DNA of 64,000 nucleotides from Bacilli bacterium (GTDB lineage Bacteria; Bacillota_I; Bacilli_A; RFN20; CAG-826): NCBI GenBank assembly GCA_045597865.1, contig JAZLKX010000040.1, positions 13,473 to 77,472 of the forward strand, read 5' to 3'. Shown piece by piece: positions 50,841 to 59,342 of this stretch (position 1 is its first letter; each line of letters starts with the position of its first letter). The notes under the pieces were generated by a model. It saw only the letters and a program-made list of their open reading frames with translations, ran no database searches and was not told where the DNA came from. The position numbers and the translations under genes were made by a program.

Positions 50841-52047
50841 GGACATCAAATTGAACTTAGATAAAAACAAAAAGTACGTTGTTGCGTGCTCTTTTGGCCC
50901 TGACTCAATGGCCTTACTTTCTGCAACCCTAAAAAATAATCTAAAAATTGTCGTTGCTCACGTTAATTATCACAAGAGAAATGTCTCAAATTTTGAGCAG
51001 GAATCTATAACTAAATTTTGTAAGGAAAATAATGTCGAAATTGAGCTGCTCGATACCGCAAATTTAACGGTGTCTGGAAACTTCCAAGAATGGGCTAGAG
51101 AAACGCGCTATAATTTCTTTAAAAAAGTATGTGAAAAACACGGTGCATTTGGTGTTCTTGTTGCCCACCAAGAAGACGATGTTATTGAAACCTATTTAAT
51201 GCAAAAAAACCGCAAAAACCTAGTGAAATACTGGGGAATTCGCAAGGAAAACAATATTTTGGGAGTCCGCGTTTTAAGACCACTTTTGGGTTATTCGAAA
51301 CAGGAACTTTTGGAGTATGATATTGATAACAAAATTCCATACTCAATCGATGAGTCAAATTTGACAGATCACTACTCAAGAAATAAGGTTCGTCACAGCA
51401 TTGTCGAGAAGCTAACAAAAGAAGAAAGAAAATCAATCATTTCCGAGCTCAAAAAGCAGAACGAAACTTGTGAAAAATTTAATCCTAAAATTTCTTATAA
51501 AAACTTTGCAAAAATGAGCTACGAAAATGTGGTTAGATTCATTGATTTTTTCATGGTTAGAGCAAACGAGCATAGAGATTTAAGTAATAAATTTGTCCAG
51601 GAAATTCAAAAATGTTTCGAAAATAAAGCCAACGCATCCTTCAAAATCACCGAACACGTTTTCTTGGCAAAAAATTATGATGATGTTGAAATCCTAAATT
51701 TTGAACCAAATTACGTTTATGAGTTAGTTGTTAACAAAAAAGCAAAAAATTCTTTTATTGAAATTGATTTTTCTATGGGAGCTGAAGATCGCGGGATTAG
51801 AAATGAAGATTTCCCACTTTTTGTGAGAAACGTTAATCCGAAAGATAAGATAAAAGTTAAGGATTATTTTGTTGAAGTGAGACGTCAATTTATAAACTGG
51901 AAAATGCCAACTCATCTTAGAAAGATGTGGCCAGGAATTTATAACAAAAATAATGAATTAATTTATGTTCCAAGATATCGCAAAGAATTTGTTGATAATC
52001 ATAAATCTATTTTTAAAATTAATTTAACGAAAATTGGGAATAGATAA
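50833..52047 (+). CDS. tilS: tRNA(Ile)-lysidine synthase
   Basis: SFGPDSM, AHVNY, ARETRY, AHQEDD..ET, RPLL and DESN....RN motifs. Start reassigned to ATG 50833. Confidence 0.92.
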   Translation: MVKDIKLNLDKNKKYVVACSFGPDSMALLSATLKNNLKIVVAHVNYHKRNVSNFEQESITKFCKENNVEIELLDTANLTVSGNFQEWARETRYNFFKKVCEKHGAFGVLVAHQEDDVIETYLMQKNRKNLVKYWGIRKENNILGVRVLRPLLGYSKQELLEYDIDNKIPYSIDESNLTDHYSRNKVRHSIVEKLTKEERKSIISELKKQNETCEKFNPKISYKNFAKMSYENVVRFIDFFMVRANEHRDLSNKFVQEIQKCFENKANASFKITEHVFLAKNYDDVEILNFEPNYVYELVVNKKAKNSFIEIDFSMGAEDRGIRNEDFPLFVRNVNPKDKIKVKDYFVEVRRQFINWKMPTHLRKMWPGIYNKNNELIYVPRYRKEFVDNHKSIFKINLTKIGNR

Positions 52048-52159
52048 GTCTGATACGCATTATTTAAATAAATATATTTACAAAATAGTTTACAAAACTT
52101 TTTGTTTTGGTATCATTTTTAGCGAACACATTTGTTTAGATAACCCGGAGGTATTAATT

Positions 52160-54208
52160 ATGGATGAAAATAAAAATCAAGCACCAAAAAGAGGATTTGC
52201 GAGAACAATTCTTCCTTTTCTTCTTATAGTTGCAGCTATTGCAGCATTTATAGCACTTATCGTTAATGCAACTTCAGCTCGAGTTACAAAACTTAATTCA
52301 GATGGTCTATCAATGGACAACTTTTTATCAAACAATCAAGTGGTAACAGCAGAAGTTTACGATAAAGACACCGTTGTTCAAGTATCTGGCACTTATATTA
52401 ATGCGGAAAACAAGACATTACCTTATACAGTCACTCTTAATAAGACAGAATATAATAATAACTTTAGTTATTATAAAAACGGAGTTTTAACTAATTCTGA
52501 ATCATATAGAGTATTGTTTGGAAAAGAAATTGATGAGTGCCTAAAAAGCGATCCTAAATCAGGAGCATACATCAAAGAAGTTTACGCATTTGAAGTTTCT
52601 TGGTGGGATCAATGGGGTCCATCAATTATTTCAATAATTGTTACTGTCTTAATTGCCGTTCTTTTATTCTCTATGCTTTCTAGATCCGTTAATGGTTCTA
52701 ATAACAAAGCAATGGATTTCAATCGTTCTAGAGCTCGTAAAGTTGAAAATTCAAAAGTTAGATTTTCTGATGTTGCTGGTTGCGACGAAGAAAAAGCCGA
52801 AATGGTTGAACTTGTCGAATACTTGAAAGACCCACAAAAATATACACAATTTGGAGCAAAGCTTCCAAAAGGTGTTCTTCTTGTTGGACATCCAGGTACA
52901 GGTAAAACATTGCTTGCTAAAGCAGTTGCAGGCGAAGCAGGCGTTCCTTTCTTCTCAATTTCGGGTTCTGACTTTGTCGAAATGTTCGTTGGCGTAGGCG
53001 CTGGTCGTGTACGTGATATGTTTAGAAAAGCAAAGGCTTCAGCTCCATGTTTAGTATTTATCGATGAAATCGATGCTGTTGGACGTCAAAGAGGTGCTGG
53101 TCTTGGTGGCGGAAACGATGAACGTGAGCAAACACTCAATCAACTTTTAGTTGAAATGGATGGTTTTGAAGACAATTCAGGCATTATTGTTATTGCTGCT
53201 ACAAACCGTGAAGACGTTCTTGATCCTGCCTTACTTCGTGCTGGCCGTTTTGATAGAACAATTACAGTCAACTTACCAGACAAAGCAGGTCGTGAAGCAA
53301 TTTTCAAAGTTCACTCAAGAAATAAACTTGTTGATCCAAAAATTGATTTTGGCCAAATTGCAAAAAGAACAGTTGGCTTCTCAGGCGCTGATATTGAAAA
53401 TATCATGAACGAAGCAGCTATTCTTGCAGTTCGTAATAAAGAACCAATGATTAGCATTAAAGATATTGATGAAGCTATCGATAGAAGAATTGCTGGTCCA
53501 GCCAAGAATTCCAAAGGAATGAATGCTGATGAAAGAAAACGTGTTGCCTATCACGAAGCAGGCCACGCAATCATCGGTTTAAAACTTCCTCATTCTGATA
53601 AAGTTCAAAAAATTACAATCATTCCTAGAGGAAGAACTGGTGGCCACGTTTTAATGACACCAGAAGATGATAGATTCTTACTCAGCAAAGCTGAGCTTGA
53701 AGCTAGAATTATCGGTTTCTTAGGTGGACGTTCTTCAGAAGAAATCTTCTTTGAAGATGTTACAACAGGAGCATCCAATGATATTGAAGTTGCAACACAA
53801 ATTGCACGTTCAATGGTTACAGAATATGGTATGAGTTCACTTGGTCCTATCCAATATGAACGTGATACTGGCTCAGTCTTCCTTGGAAGAGACTATGCTT
53901 CAACACAAAAGAATTTCTCAACTCAAATCGCATTTGAAATTGATACAGAAGTTCGCAAGATTATTGATCAAGCACACGCAAAAGCAAGAGAAATTATTGA
54001 AGCAAACAAGGCTGACGTTATTAAAATTGCTGAAACATTGCTTGAAAAAGAAACTATTACAGCAGAAGAAATTGATGCTGTTTTAGCAGGCAAACCAGAA
54101 AAAGAACCAAAGGTTGAAGATAAAAAACCAGCAGAAAAGAAGCCTGCTGCAAAGAAAGCTCCAGCCAAGAAAGCACCTGCTAAAAAAGTAGAAAAGAAAG
54201 CTGAATAA
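52160..54208 (+). CDS. ftsH: ATP-dependent zinc metalloprotease FtsH
   Basis: Two TM helices, [12 protein letters not shown] and HEAGH motifs. Start reassigned to ATG 52160 (SD GGAGG). Confidence 0.96.
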   Translation: MDENKNQAPKRGFARTILPFLLIVAAIAAFIALIVNATSARVTKLNSDGLSMDNFLSNNQVVTAEVYDKDTVVQVSGTYINAENKTLPYTVTLNKTEYNNNFSYYKNGVLTNSESYRVLFGKEIDECLKSDPKSGAYIKEVYAFEVSWWDQWGPSIISIIVTVLIAVLLFSMLSRSVNGSNNKAMDFNRSRARKVENSKVRFSDVAGCDEEKAEMVELVEYLKDPQKYTQFGAKLPKGVLLVGHPGTGKTLLAKAVAGEAGVPFFSISGSDFVEMFVGVGAGRVRDMFRKAKASAPCLVFIDEIDAVGRQRGAGLGGGNDEREQTLNQLLVEMDGFEDNSGIIVIAATNREDVLDPALLRAGRFDRTITVNLPDKAGREAIFKVHSRNKLVDPKIDFGQIAKRTVGFSGADIENIMNEAAILAVRNKEPMISIKDIDEAIDRRIAGPAKNSKGMNADERKRVAYHEAGHAIIGLKLPHSDKVQKITIIPRGRTGGHVLMTPEDDRFLLSKAELEARIIGFLGGRSSEEIFFEDVTTGASNDIEVATQIARSMVTEYGMSSLGPIQYERDTGSVFLGRDYASTQKNFSTQIAFEIDTEVRKIIDQAHAKAREIIEANKADVIKIAETLLEKETITAEEIDAVLAGKPEKEPKVEDKKPAEKKPAAKKAPAKKAPAKKVEKKAE

Positions 54209-54238
54209 ATTGTAGGGAGGCTTGCCTCCCTTTTACTT

Positions 54239-55204
54239 ATGTTTAAAATTGGTAATGTAGAAATTAATGGAAAAGTTGTATTGGCGCCAATGGCTGGTGT
54301 CACTTCTTTAGGCTACAGAAATTTTATGAAACCATTCGGTGTTGCTTTAACAGTAACTGAAATGGTTTCAGATTGTGGGCTTATTTATGATAACCAAAAG
54401 ACAATTGATTATTTAAAATCAACAGAAGAAGAAAGACCGATAGCAATTCAACTTTTTGGGTCATCTGCAGAAACCATTTGCAAAGCAATGGATGTTGTTT
54501 TGAAACATAATCATAACATCGATATCTTTGATATCAATTTAGGATGTCCTGCTCCAAAAGTTACCAAAACTGGTGCAGGTTCTGCTCTCTTAAGAGATCC
54601 TAAAAAATTAGAAGAAATGTTTATTAAAATTTGCAAACATTCACCACTTCCAGTAACTGCCAAGATTAGACTCGGTTGGAATGAAGATGAAATTAATTTC
54701 AAAGAGAATGTTAAGGCTTTAGAAAATGCTGGTGTTGCAGCAATCGGAATTCATGCAAGAACCACAAGACAAGGCTATGCTGGCAAGCCAAGATGGGATT
54801 TATTAAAGGATTTTCGTAACGAAATGTCAGTTCCACTAATTGTCTCTGGTGACATCTACACTTTAAAAGATGCAATAAAGGCCCTAGAATGCACGAAAGC
54901 TGATGCTGTTATGGTGGCCCGCGGAGGGGTTGGAAACCCTATCTTAGTTAAGCAGATTGACTCATACTTTAAAGATGGCACTATAGTCGAAAGTTCTTCA
55001 ATTGAAGAATCGATACAATATATTCGTGATTTAGCTGACATGTTAATAGAGGAAAAAGGTGAGTACACTGCTATGATGGTTTTGCGCGGAATTGCACCTA
55101 AATTTTTGAACAGTTATCCAGACATGAAAAAGGCTAAAAATAAGCTCGCAAGTGCACTCACAACCAGGGATTCACTTGAGCGAATTCTTAACGAAATTCA
55201 ATAA
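54239..55204 (+). CDS. dusB: tRNA-dihydrouridine synthase
   Basis: LAPMAG, DINLGCP, KIRLG and HART motifs, upstream of lysS. Confidence 0.92.
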   Translation: MFKIGNVEINGKVVLAPMAGVTSLGYRNFMKPFGVALTVTEMVSDCGLIYDNQKTIDYLKSTEEERPIAIQLFGSSAETICKAMDVVLKHNHNIDIFDINLGCPAPKVTKTGAGSALLRDPKKLEEMFIKICKHSPLPVTAKIRLGWNEDEINFKENVKALENAGVAAIGIHARTTRQGYAGKPRWDLLKDFRNEMSVPLIVSGDIYTLKDAIKALECTKADAVMVARGGVGNPILVKQIDSYFKDGTIVESSSIEESIQYIRDLADMLIEEKGEYTAMMVLRGIAPKFLNSYPDMKKAKNKLASALTTRDSLERILNEIQ

Positions 55205-55258
55205 CTTTATTGTTAACAATATAAGTTTTTGCTATACTCTTAACCGAGGTTTTTAAAA

Positions 55259-56749
55259 ATGGAACGTAAATTAACAGATCAAGAACGTGCTAGAAGAGAC
55301 AAACTTCCACGTTATGAAGAATTCGGTGTTGAACCATTTGGACAAAAATTTGAACGCTCAAGTTCAATCAAAGAAGTCCGTGAAAAATGCACCGGAAAAA
55401 CAAACGAAGACTTACAAGCAAATCCAGTAGAAGTTAAAGTTGCTGGACGTATTATGGCTTTACGTAAAATGGGTAAAGCAGCCTTTATGAACATCAAAGA
55501 TGTTACTGGCAACATTCAATGCTGGTTAGGCATCGATTATTTAGGCGAAGAAAATTACTCAGTATTCAAACTTTCAGACATTGGCGATATTTGTGGTGTT
55601 GAAGGTCATATCATGTTCTCTCAAACAGGAGAAATGACCATCAAAGTTTCAAAATTCACACACCTTACAAAATCACTTCGTCCATTACCTGAGAAATTCC
55701 ACGGTTTAACTGACGTTGAAGAAAGATATCGTCACCGTTATGTTGACCTTATTATGAATGACGATTCAATGAAAATTGCTTTAGCAAGACCAAAAATTAT
55801 TCGTGCTATTCAAGACTACTGTGATAGCCTCGGATTTACTGAAGTTGAAACAAGCATTCTTTCACCAATTCTTGGTGGTGCTGCAGCAAGACCATTCGTT
55901 ACTCATCACAACACATTAGACAAAGATTTCTACTTACGTATTGCTACCGAAATTTCTTTAAAGAAATGTATCGTTGGTGGTATGGAAAAAGTTTATGAAA
56001 TTGGCCGTTTATTCCGTAACGAAGGAATGGATACAAAACACAATCCAGAATTCACAACAATTGAACTTTACCAAGCTTATGGTGATCTTCAAGATATGAG
56101 ACACTTTGCAGAAAATCTCTTCAAAGAAGTCGCTATGAAAATTCATGGAACAACCACAATTCCTTATGGCGAAGGCACACTTGATCTCGGAAAACCATTT
56201 GGTTGGAAGACAATGAAAGAATGTGTTTTAGAAGCTACAGGAATTGACTTTAACAAAGTTACAACAATGGAAGAAGCTGTTAAACTTGCAAAAGATAACG
56301 GCATCAAACTTGAAAAACACTGGAACAGTGTTGGTTACATTCTCAATGCATTCTTTGAAGAAAAATGTGATGACTTACTTCAAACTCCAACATTTGTTCA
56401 CGAATACCCAATTGAAGTTTCACCACTCACCAAAAAGTGTAAAGATAATCCAATGTTCACCGATAGATTTGAACTCTTTATTGGCGGCATGGAATATGGC
56501 AACGCTTATAGCGAACTTAATGATCCACTTGATCAAAAAGAACGTTTAGTGAAACAACTTGAAGCTAAAGCTGCAGGTGATGAAGAAGCATCTGAAATGG
56601 ATGAAGACTTCCTCGAAGCTCTTGAATACGGTATGCCTCCAACAGGTGGTATCGGTATCGGAATCGACAGATTCGTCATGCTTATGACCAATCAAACATC
56701 TATCAGAGAAGTCCTTCTCTTCCCATGTATGAAGGATTCAGGTAAATAA
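55259..56749 (+). CDS. lysS: Lysyl-tRNA synthetase (class II)
   Basis: GGAAARPF, FRNEG, HNPEFT and YGMPPTGG.G.GIDR motifs. Confidence 0.97.
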   Translation: MERKLTDQERARRDKLPRYEEFGVEPFGQKFERSSSIKEVREKCTGKTNEDLQANPVEVKVAGRIMALRKMGKAAFMNIKDVTGNIQCWLGIDYLGEENYSVFKLSDIGDICGVEGHIMFSQTGEMTIKVSKFTHLTKSLRPLPEKFHGLTDVEERYRHRYVDLIMNDDSMKIALARPKIIRAIQDYCDSLGFTEVETSILSPILGGAAARPFVTHHNTLDKDFYLRIATEISLKKCIVGGMEKVYEIGRLFRNEGMDTKHNPEFTTIELYQAYGDLQDMRHFAENLFKEVAMKIHGTTTIPYGEGTLDLGKPFGWKTMKECVLEATGIDFNKVTTMEEAVKLAKDNGIKLEKHWNSVGYILNAFFEEKCDDLLQTPTFVHEYPIEVSPLTKKCKDNPMFTDRFELFIGGMEYGNAYSELNDPLDQKERLVKQLEAKAAGDEEASEMDEDFLEALEYGMPPTGGIGIGIDRFVMLMTNQTSIREVLLFPCMKDSGK

Positions 56750-56785
56750 TCTTTGATTTTATAAATCATTGTGTTATATTATAAG

Positions 56786-56840
56786 TGTCAAGGCAGTCGT
56801 ACCTAGATAAAAAGGAACCGGGGGCAACCGGTTCCTTTTC
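56786..56840 (+). ncRNA. Putative ~55-nt antisense (antitoxin-like) sRNA
   Basis: Promoter TTGATT-16-TATATT with TG extension (56753-56780). Ends in a strong terminator, has no ORF, and its 5' 20 nt are a direct repeat of 56857-56875. Confidence 0.55.
56810..56839. terminator. Strong bidirectional terminator
   Basis: Perfect 12-bp stem AAAAGGAACCGG-GGGCAA-CCGGTTCCTTTT. Confidence 0.85.
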
Positions 56841-56871
56841 TTCGTTTTTAATGGACGTCAAGGCGGCCGTA

Positions 56872-56934
56872 CTAGTCCTTATACAGGAGCTTTAAAGCAA
56901 CGAGTACAAGAACTAGGATGGTGAGATACTCCAG
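56872..56934 (-). CDS. Putative type I toxin-like hydrophobic peptide (20 aa, CTG start)
   Basis: (M)EYLTILVLVLVALKLLYKD: one TM-like stretch plus a charged C-terminus. SD GAAGGAGG 9 nt upstream of the CTG. Confidence 0.5.
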   Translation of the reverse strand: MEYLTILVLVLVALKLLYKD

Positions 56935-56990
56935 TTCACGGAGCCTCCTTCCCGATCAAACCGCCCTGGCGTCCCATGACGTTTGACCAT
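56913..56990 (-). CDS. Putative 25-aa leader ORF overlapping the hydrophobic peptide ORF
   Basis: MVKRHGTPGRFDREGGSVNWSISPS. Perfect SD AAGGAGGT 5 nt before the ATG. Confidence 0.4.
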   Translation of the reverse strand: MVKRHGTPGRFDREGGSVNWSISPS

Positions 56991-57081
56991 CCTTGACCTC
57001 CTTTTAAAAACTATCCAATTTTTCAATTGGCGAGCATAATTTATCATACTGTTTAATAGCTAACAATAGGGGGGATATACG

Positions 57082-57148
57082 TTACATATATTAAAAATAT
57101 ATAAACAGCATATTTAACGTATTACCCAGGTATTTTTAATATATGTAA
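57082..57148. repeat. Perfect 18-bp inverted repeat with 31-bp spacer
   Basis: TTACATATATTAAAAATA (57082-57099) and TATTTTTAATATATGTAA (57131-57148). Confidence 0.8.
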
Positions 57149-57232
57149 AAATTTTTTAATAATTTACTAACAAACATATTTTCCTATACACACGCAAACG
57201 TCTTGTGTATAATATACCTACGCGAAAGCGTT

Positions 57233-57277
57233 TCTCTCTGCTGACAGAAGATGTCAGCCAGAAGACCAAAGGGAGGT
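57233..57277 (+). promoter_or_regulatory. S6:S18 ribosomal leader RNA
   Basis: CUCUCU-GCUGAC...GUCAGC-CAGAAGACCAAA-GGGAGG: a hairpin with a CC-containing internal loop pairing with the rpsF SD. Promoter -10 TGtgTATAAT at 57208-57213. Confidence 0.75.
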
Positions 57278-57283
57278 AAAAAT

Positions 57284-57571
57284 ATGAAAAAGTACGAACT
57301 CATGTACATCGTGAAAGACGGACTCGATGAAGCTGCAAGGAAAGCTGAAATCGAAAAACTTCACGGAATCCTCACATCAAACGGAGCAAAGCTCGGCGAT
57401 GTTAAGGAATGGGGCTTAAGAGACTTTGCTTATCCAATCAATAAGCTTACAAAAGGCTACTATGTAGTCGTTAAGCTCACTGCTGACGAAGCTGCATTAA
57501 ACGAATTCTCTCGTTTAGCAAAAATCGATCAAAATGTTGTACGTCACTTATTTACTGTCGATCAAGACTAA
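57284..57571 (+). CDS. rpsF: 30S ribosomal protein S6
   Basis: MKKYELMYI...WGLRDFAYPI.K...GYY...VVRH. Confidence 0.96.
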   Translation: MKKYELMYIVKDGLDEAARKAEIEKLHGILTSNGAKLGDVKEWGLRDFAYPINKLTKGYYVVVKLTADEAALNEFSRLAKIDQNVVRHLFTVDQD

Positions 57572-57590
57572 TTAAGGAGGATTAACATTT

Positions 57591-58028
57591 ATGTTAAATC
57601 GTATCGTTTTAACTGGTAGACTTACCAGAGATCCAGAACTCAAGAGAACAACTTCAGATAAGCCAGTTGCATCATTTACTCTTGCAGTAGATGACAATAT
57701 GAAAGGTCCAAATGGAGAAAAAACAACAACCTTTATTGGTGTTACTGTTTGGGACAATCAAGCTGACAATGTCGCAAAATTCTTAAGAAAAGGATCACTC
57801 GTTGGTGTTGATGGACGTATTCGTCAACGCACCTTCGAAAAAAGAGACGGAACAAAAGCTTCAGTCATTGAAGTTATCGCCAATCACGTTGAGTTCCTCG
57901 AACCAAAAGGTTCAAGAGAAATTCCAAATGAAGAAATCATCTTTGATGATGAACAACCTTCAGAACCAGTCGAAGAATCTAAGAATTTAGATGCAATCGA
58001 TGTTGCTGATGACGATCTTCCGTTCTAA
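57591..58028 (+). CDS. ssb: Single-stranded DNA-binding protein
   Basis: MLNRIVLTGRLTRDPEL...DDDLPF. Confidence 0.97.
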   Translation: MLNRIVLTGRLTRDPELKRTTSDKPVASFTLAVDDNMKGPNGEKTTTFIGVTVWDNQADNVAKFLRKGSLVGVDGRIRQRTFEKRDGTKASVIEVIANHVEFLEPKGSREIPNEEIIFDDEQPSEPVEESKNLDAIDVADDDLPF

Positions 58029-58047
58029 TTAGAAAGGAAAATTCAAA

Positions 58048-58275
58048 ATGGGATTCAAAAAAGTTAGACCACACAAGAAGGTCTGCAACTTCTGCAAAAA
58101 CAAAGTTGCATACATTGATTATAAAGACGTCGAAACCTTAAGTAAGTACATTACTCCAAATGGTAAAATCGCATCACGTCATTCCACAGGTACTTGTGCA
58201 AAGCACCAAAGAGAAGTTGCAAAAGCAATTAAGAATGCACGTTTCATGGCTTTATTACCATACGTTCAAGACTAA
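58048..58275 (+). CDS. rpsR: 30S ribosomal protein S18
   Basis: CNFC, IDYKD, GKI...TGTCAKHQR and [13 protein letters not shown] motifs. Confidence 0.97.
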   Translation: MGFKKVRPHKKVCNFCKNKVAYIDYKDVETLSKYITPNGKIASRHSTGTCAKHQREVAKAIKNARFMALLPYVQD

Positions 58276-58289
58276 TTAAAATCAAAATT

Positions 58290-58352
58290 AAAAGCACTCA
58301 TCCCGAGTGCTTTTTTTATAAAATAAAAACCTCTCAACTATGAGAGGCTTTT
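58290..58352. terminator. Two back-to-back terminators for the convergent rpsR and lipoprotein genes
   Basis: aaaagcactc...gagtgctttt and aaacctctca...tgagaggctt. Confidence 0.7.
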
Positions 58353-58360
58353 GTTTTTAA

Positions 58361-59194
58361 TTATTTGATTGATGGAAGTTCTTCAACTTGGAGATAATTG
58401 TGAAGATCAATTGATTTTATATTCAATCCATCTTTTCTTCTAAAGTGGGAGTGATCAGCACTTTTGATAACAAGTTTTTCATTTAATTCAGTTTTATCTC
58501 TATTGACAATGTAGTGGAAATCAAAACCGTTATCGAAAAGAACTAATTGATAAATAGATTGGATGTAGTTATGGACACCATCTTCTGTTTCATCAATAAT
58601 GTTTTCACAAGTGTAAACATTACCATCAATGAAGAATTTTGAACCAGGATCATCCATCACTGCAACACCCAAGTATTCATCTAAAAACGCTTCTACCGGA
58701 TAAGAAATGTACATAAGTGCTCTTTCTTTTATTTCATCAGCAGCAACTTCTGTTTCTGATTTTGTGTATAGTTTTCCATTCAAATCAATTATATAGTAAT
58801 TCTTACTATCTGCTTGATTTTGCTGTTCATATTTCTTCTCAGTAACAACTTTTTCGCTGTTATTTGATTCTTTTCTCTTGTCAACAGATTTTGAGCGAAT
58901 AATGTTTGAAACAGAGTCATATTCAAATTTTGATGTTGTTGTCCAATCATCTTTTTCTTCAACGAAATTACGACCGTCTTTTGTGTGAGTTACTTTCTCG
59001 TTAAATGTAGATTCTCCATCTTCCACGAATGAATAAGGATCTTTTACATTAAACAATGAAGATGCATCAAATGCTTTTTTAAGATCAGAAACAAATGTTT
59101 CTCTCTTTACTTGTGTCTTGTAGCTTTTAGCGCCATCACAGCTTGCTAAAGCAATACCTGCTAAACCGACTAATAATACGCTTTTAATTTTCAT
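58361..59194 (-). CDS. Hypothetical lipoprotein
   Basis: MKIKSVLLVGLAGIALASC lipobox. Start reassigned to 59194 (SD AAGGA). Confidence 0.75.
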   Translation of the reverse strand: MKIKSVLLVGLAGIALASCDGAKSYKTQVKRETFVSDLKKAFDASSLFNVKDPYSFVEDGESTFNEKVTHTKDGRNFVEEKDDWTTTSKFEYDSVSNIIRSKSVDKRKESNNSEKVVTEKKYEQQNQADSKNYYIIDLNGKLYTKSETEVAADEIKERALMYISYPVEAFLDEYLGVAVMDDPGSKFFIDGNVYTCENIIDETEDGVHNYIQSIYQLVLFDNGFDFHYIVNRDKTELNEKLVIKSADHSHFRRKDGLNIKSIDLHNYLQVEELPSIK

Positions 59195-59342
59195 ATTAAG
59201 TTTCCTTTCAAGGTGTCTACATTTTATACATAAAATTAACAAGAATAAAGTCAAAAAAACATATAGACTCTTACTTACAAATTAAAAAGTTTATTTTTTA
59301 TAACTTTTTGAATGCTAAGTTTGATATAATATAAAGCACATT

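Noticed and set aside
56788-56820. preQ1-I riboswitch-like look (short stem, then A-rich tail)
   Set aside because: The stem has only 3 contiguous bp, the tail cannot pair with the loop to form the pseudoknot, and no plus-strand gene follows.
56845-57010. 6S RNA, tmRNA or RNase P RNA
   Set aside because: By eye it folds as a multibranch structure containing two SDs and ORFs, not a rod with a central bubble. It is too short for tmRNA or RNase P and lacks their signatures. An Rfam search would be needed for full exclusion.
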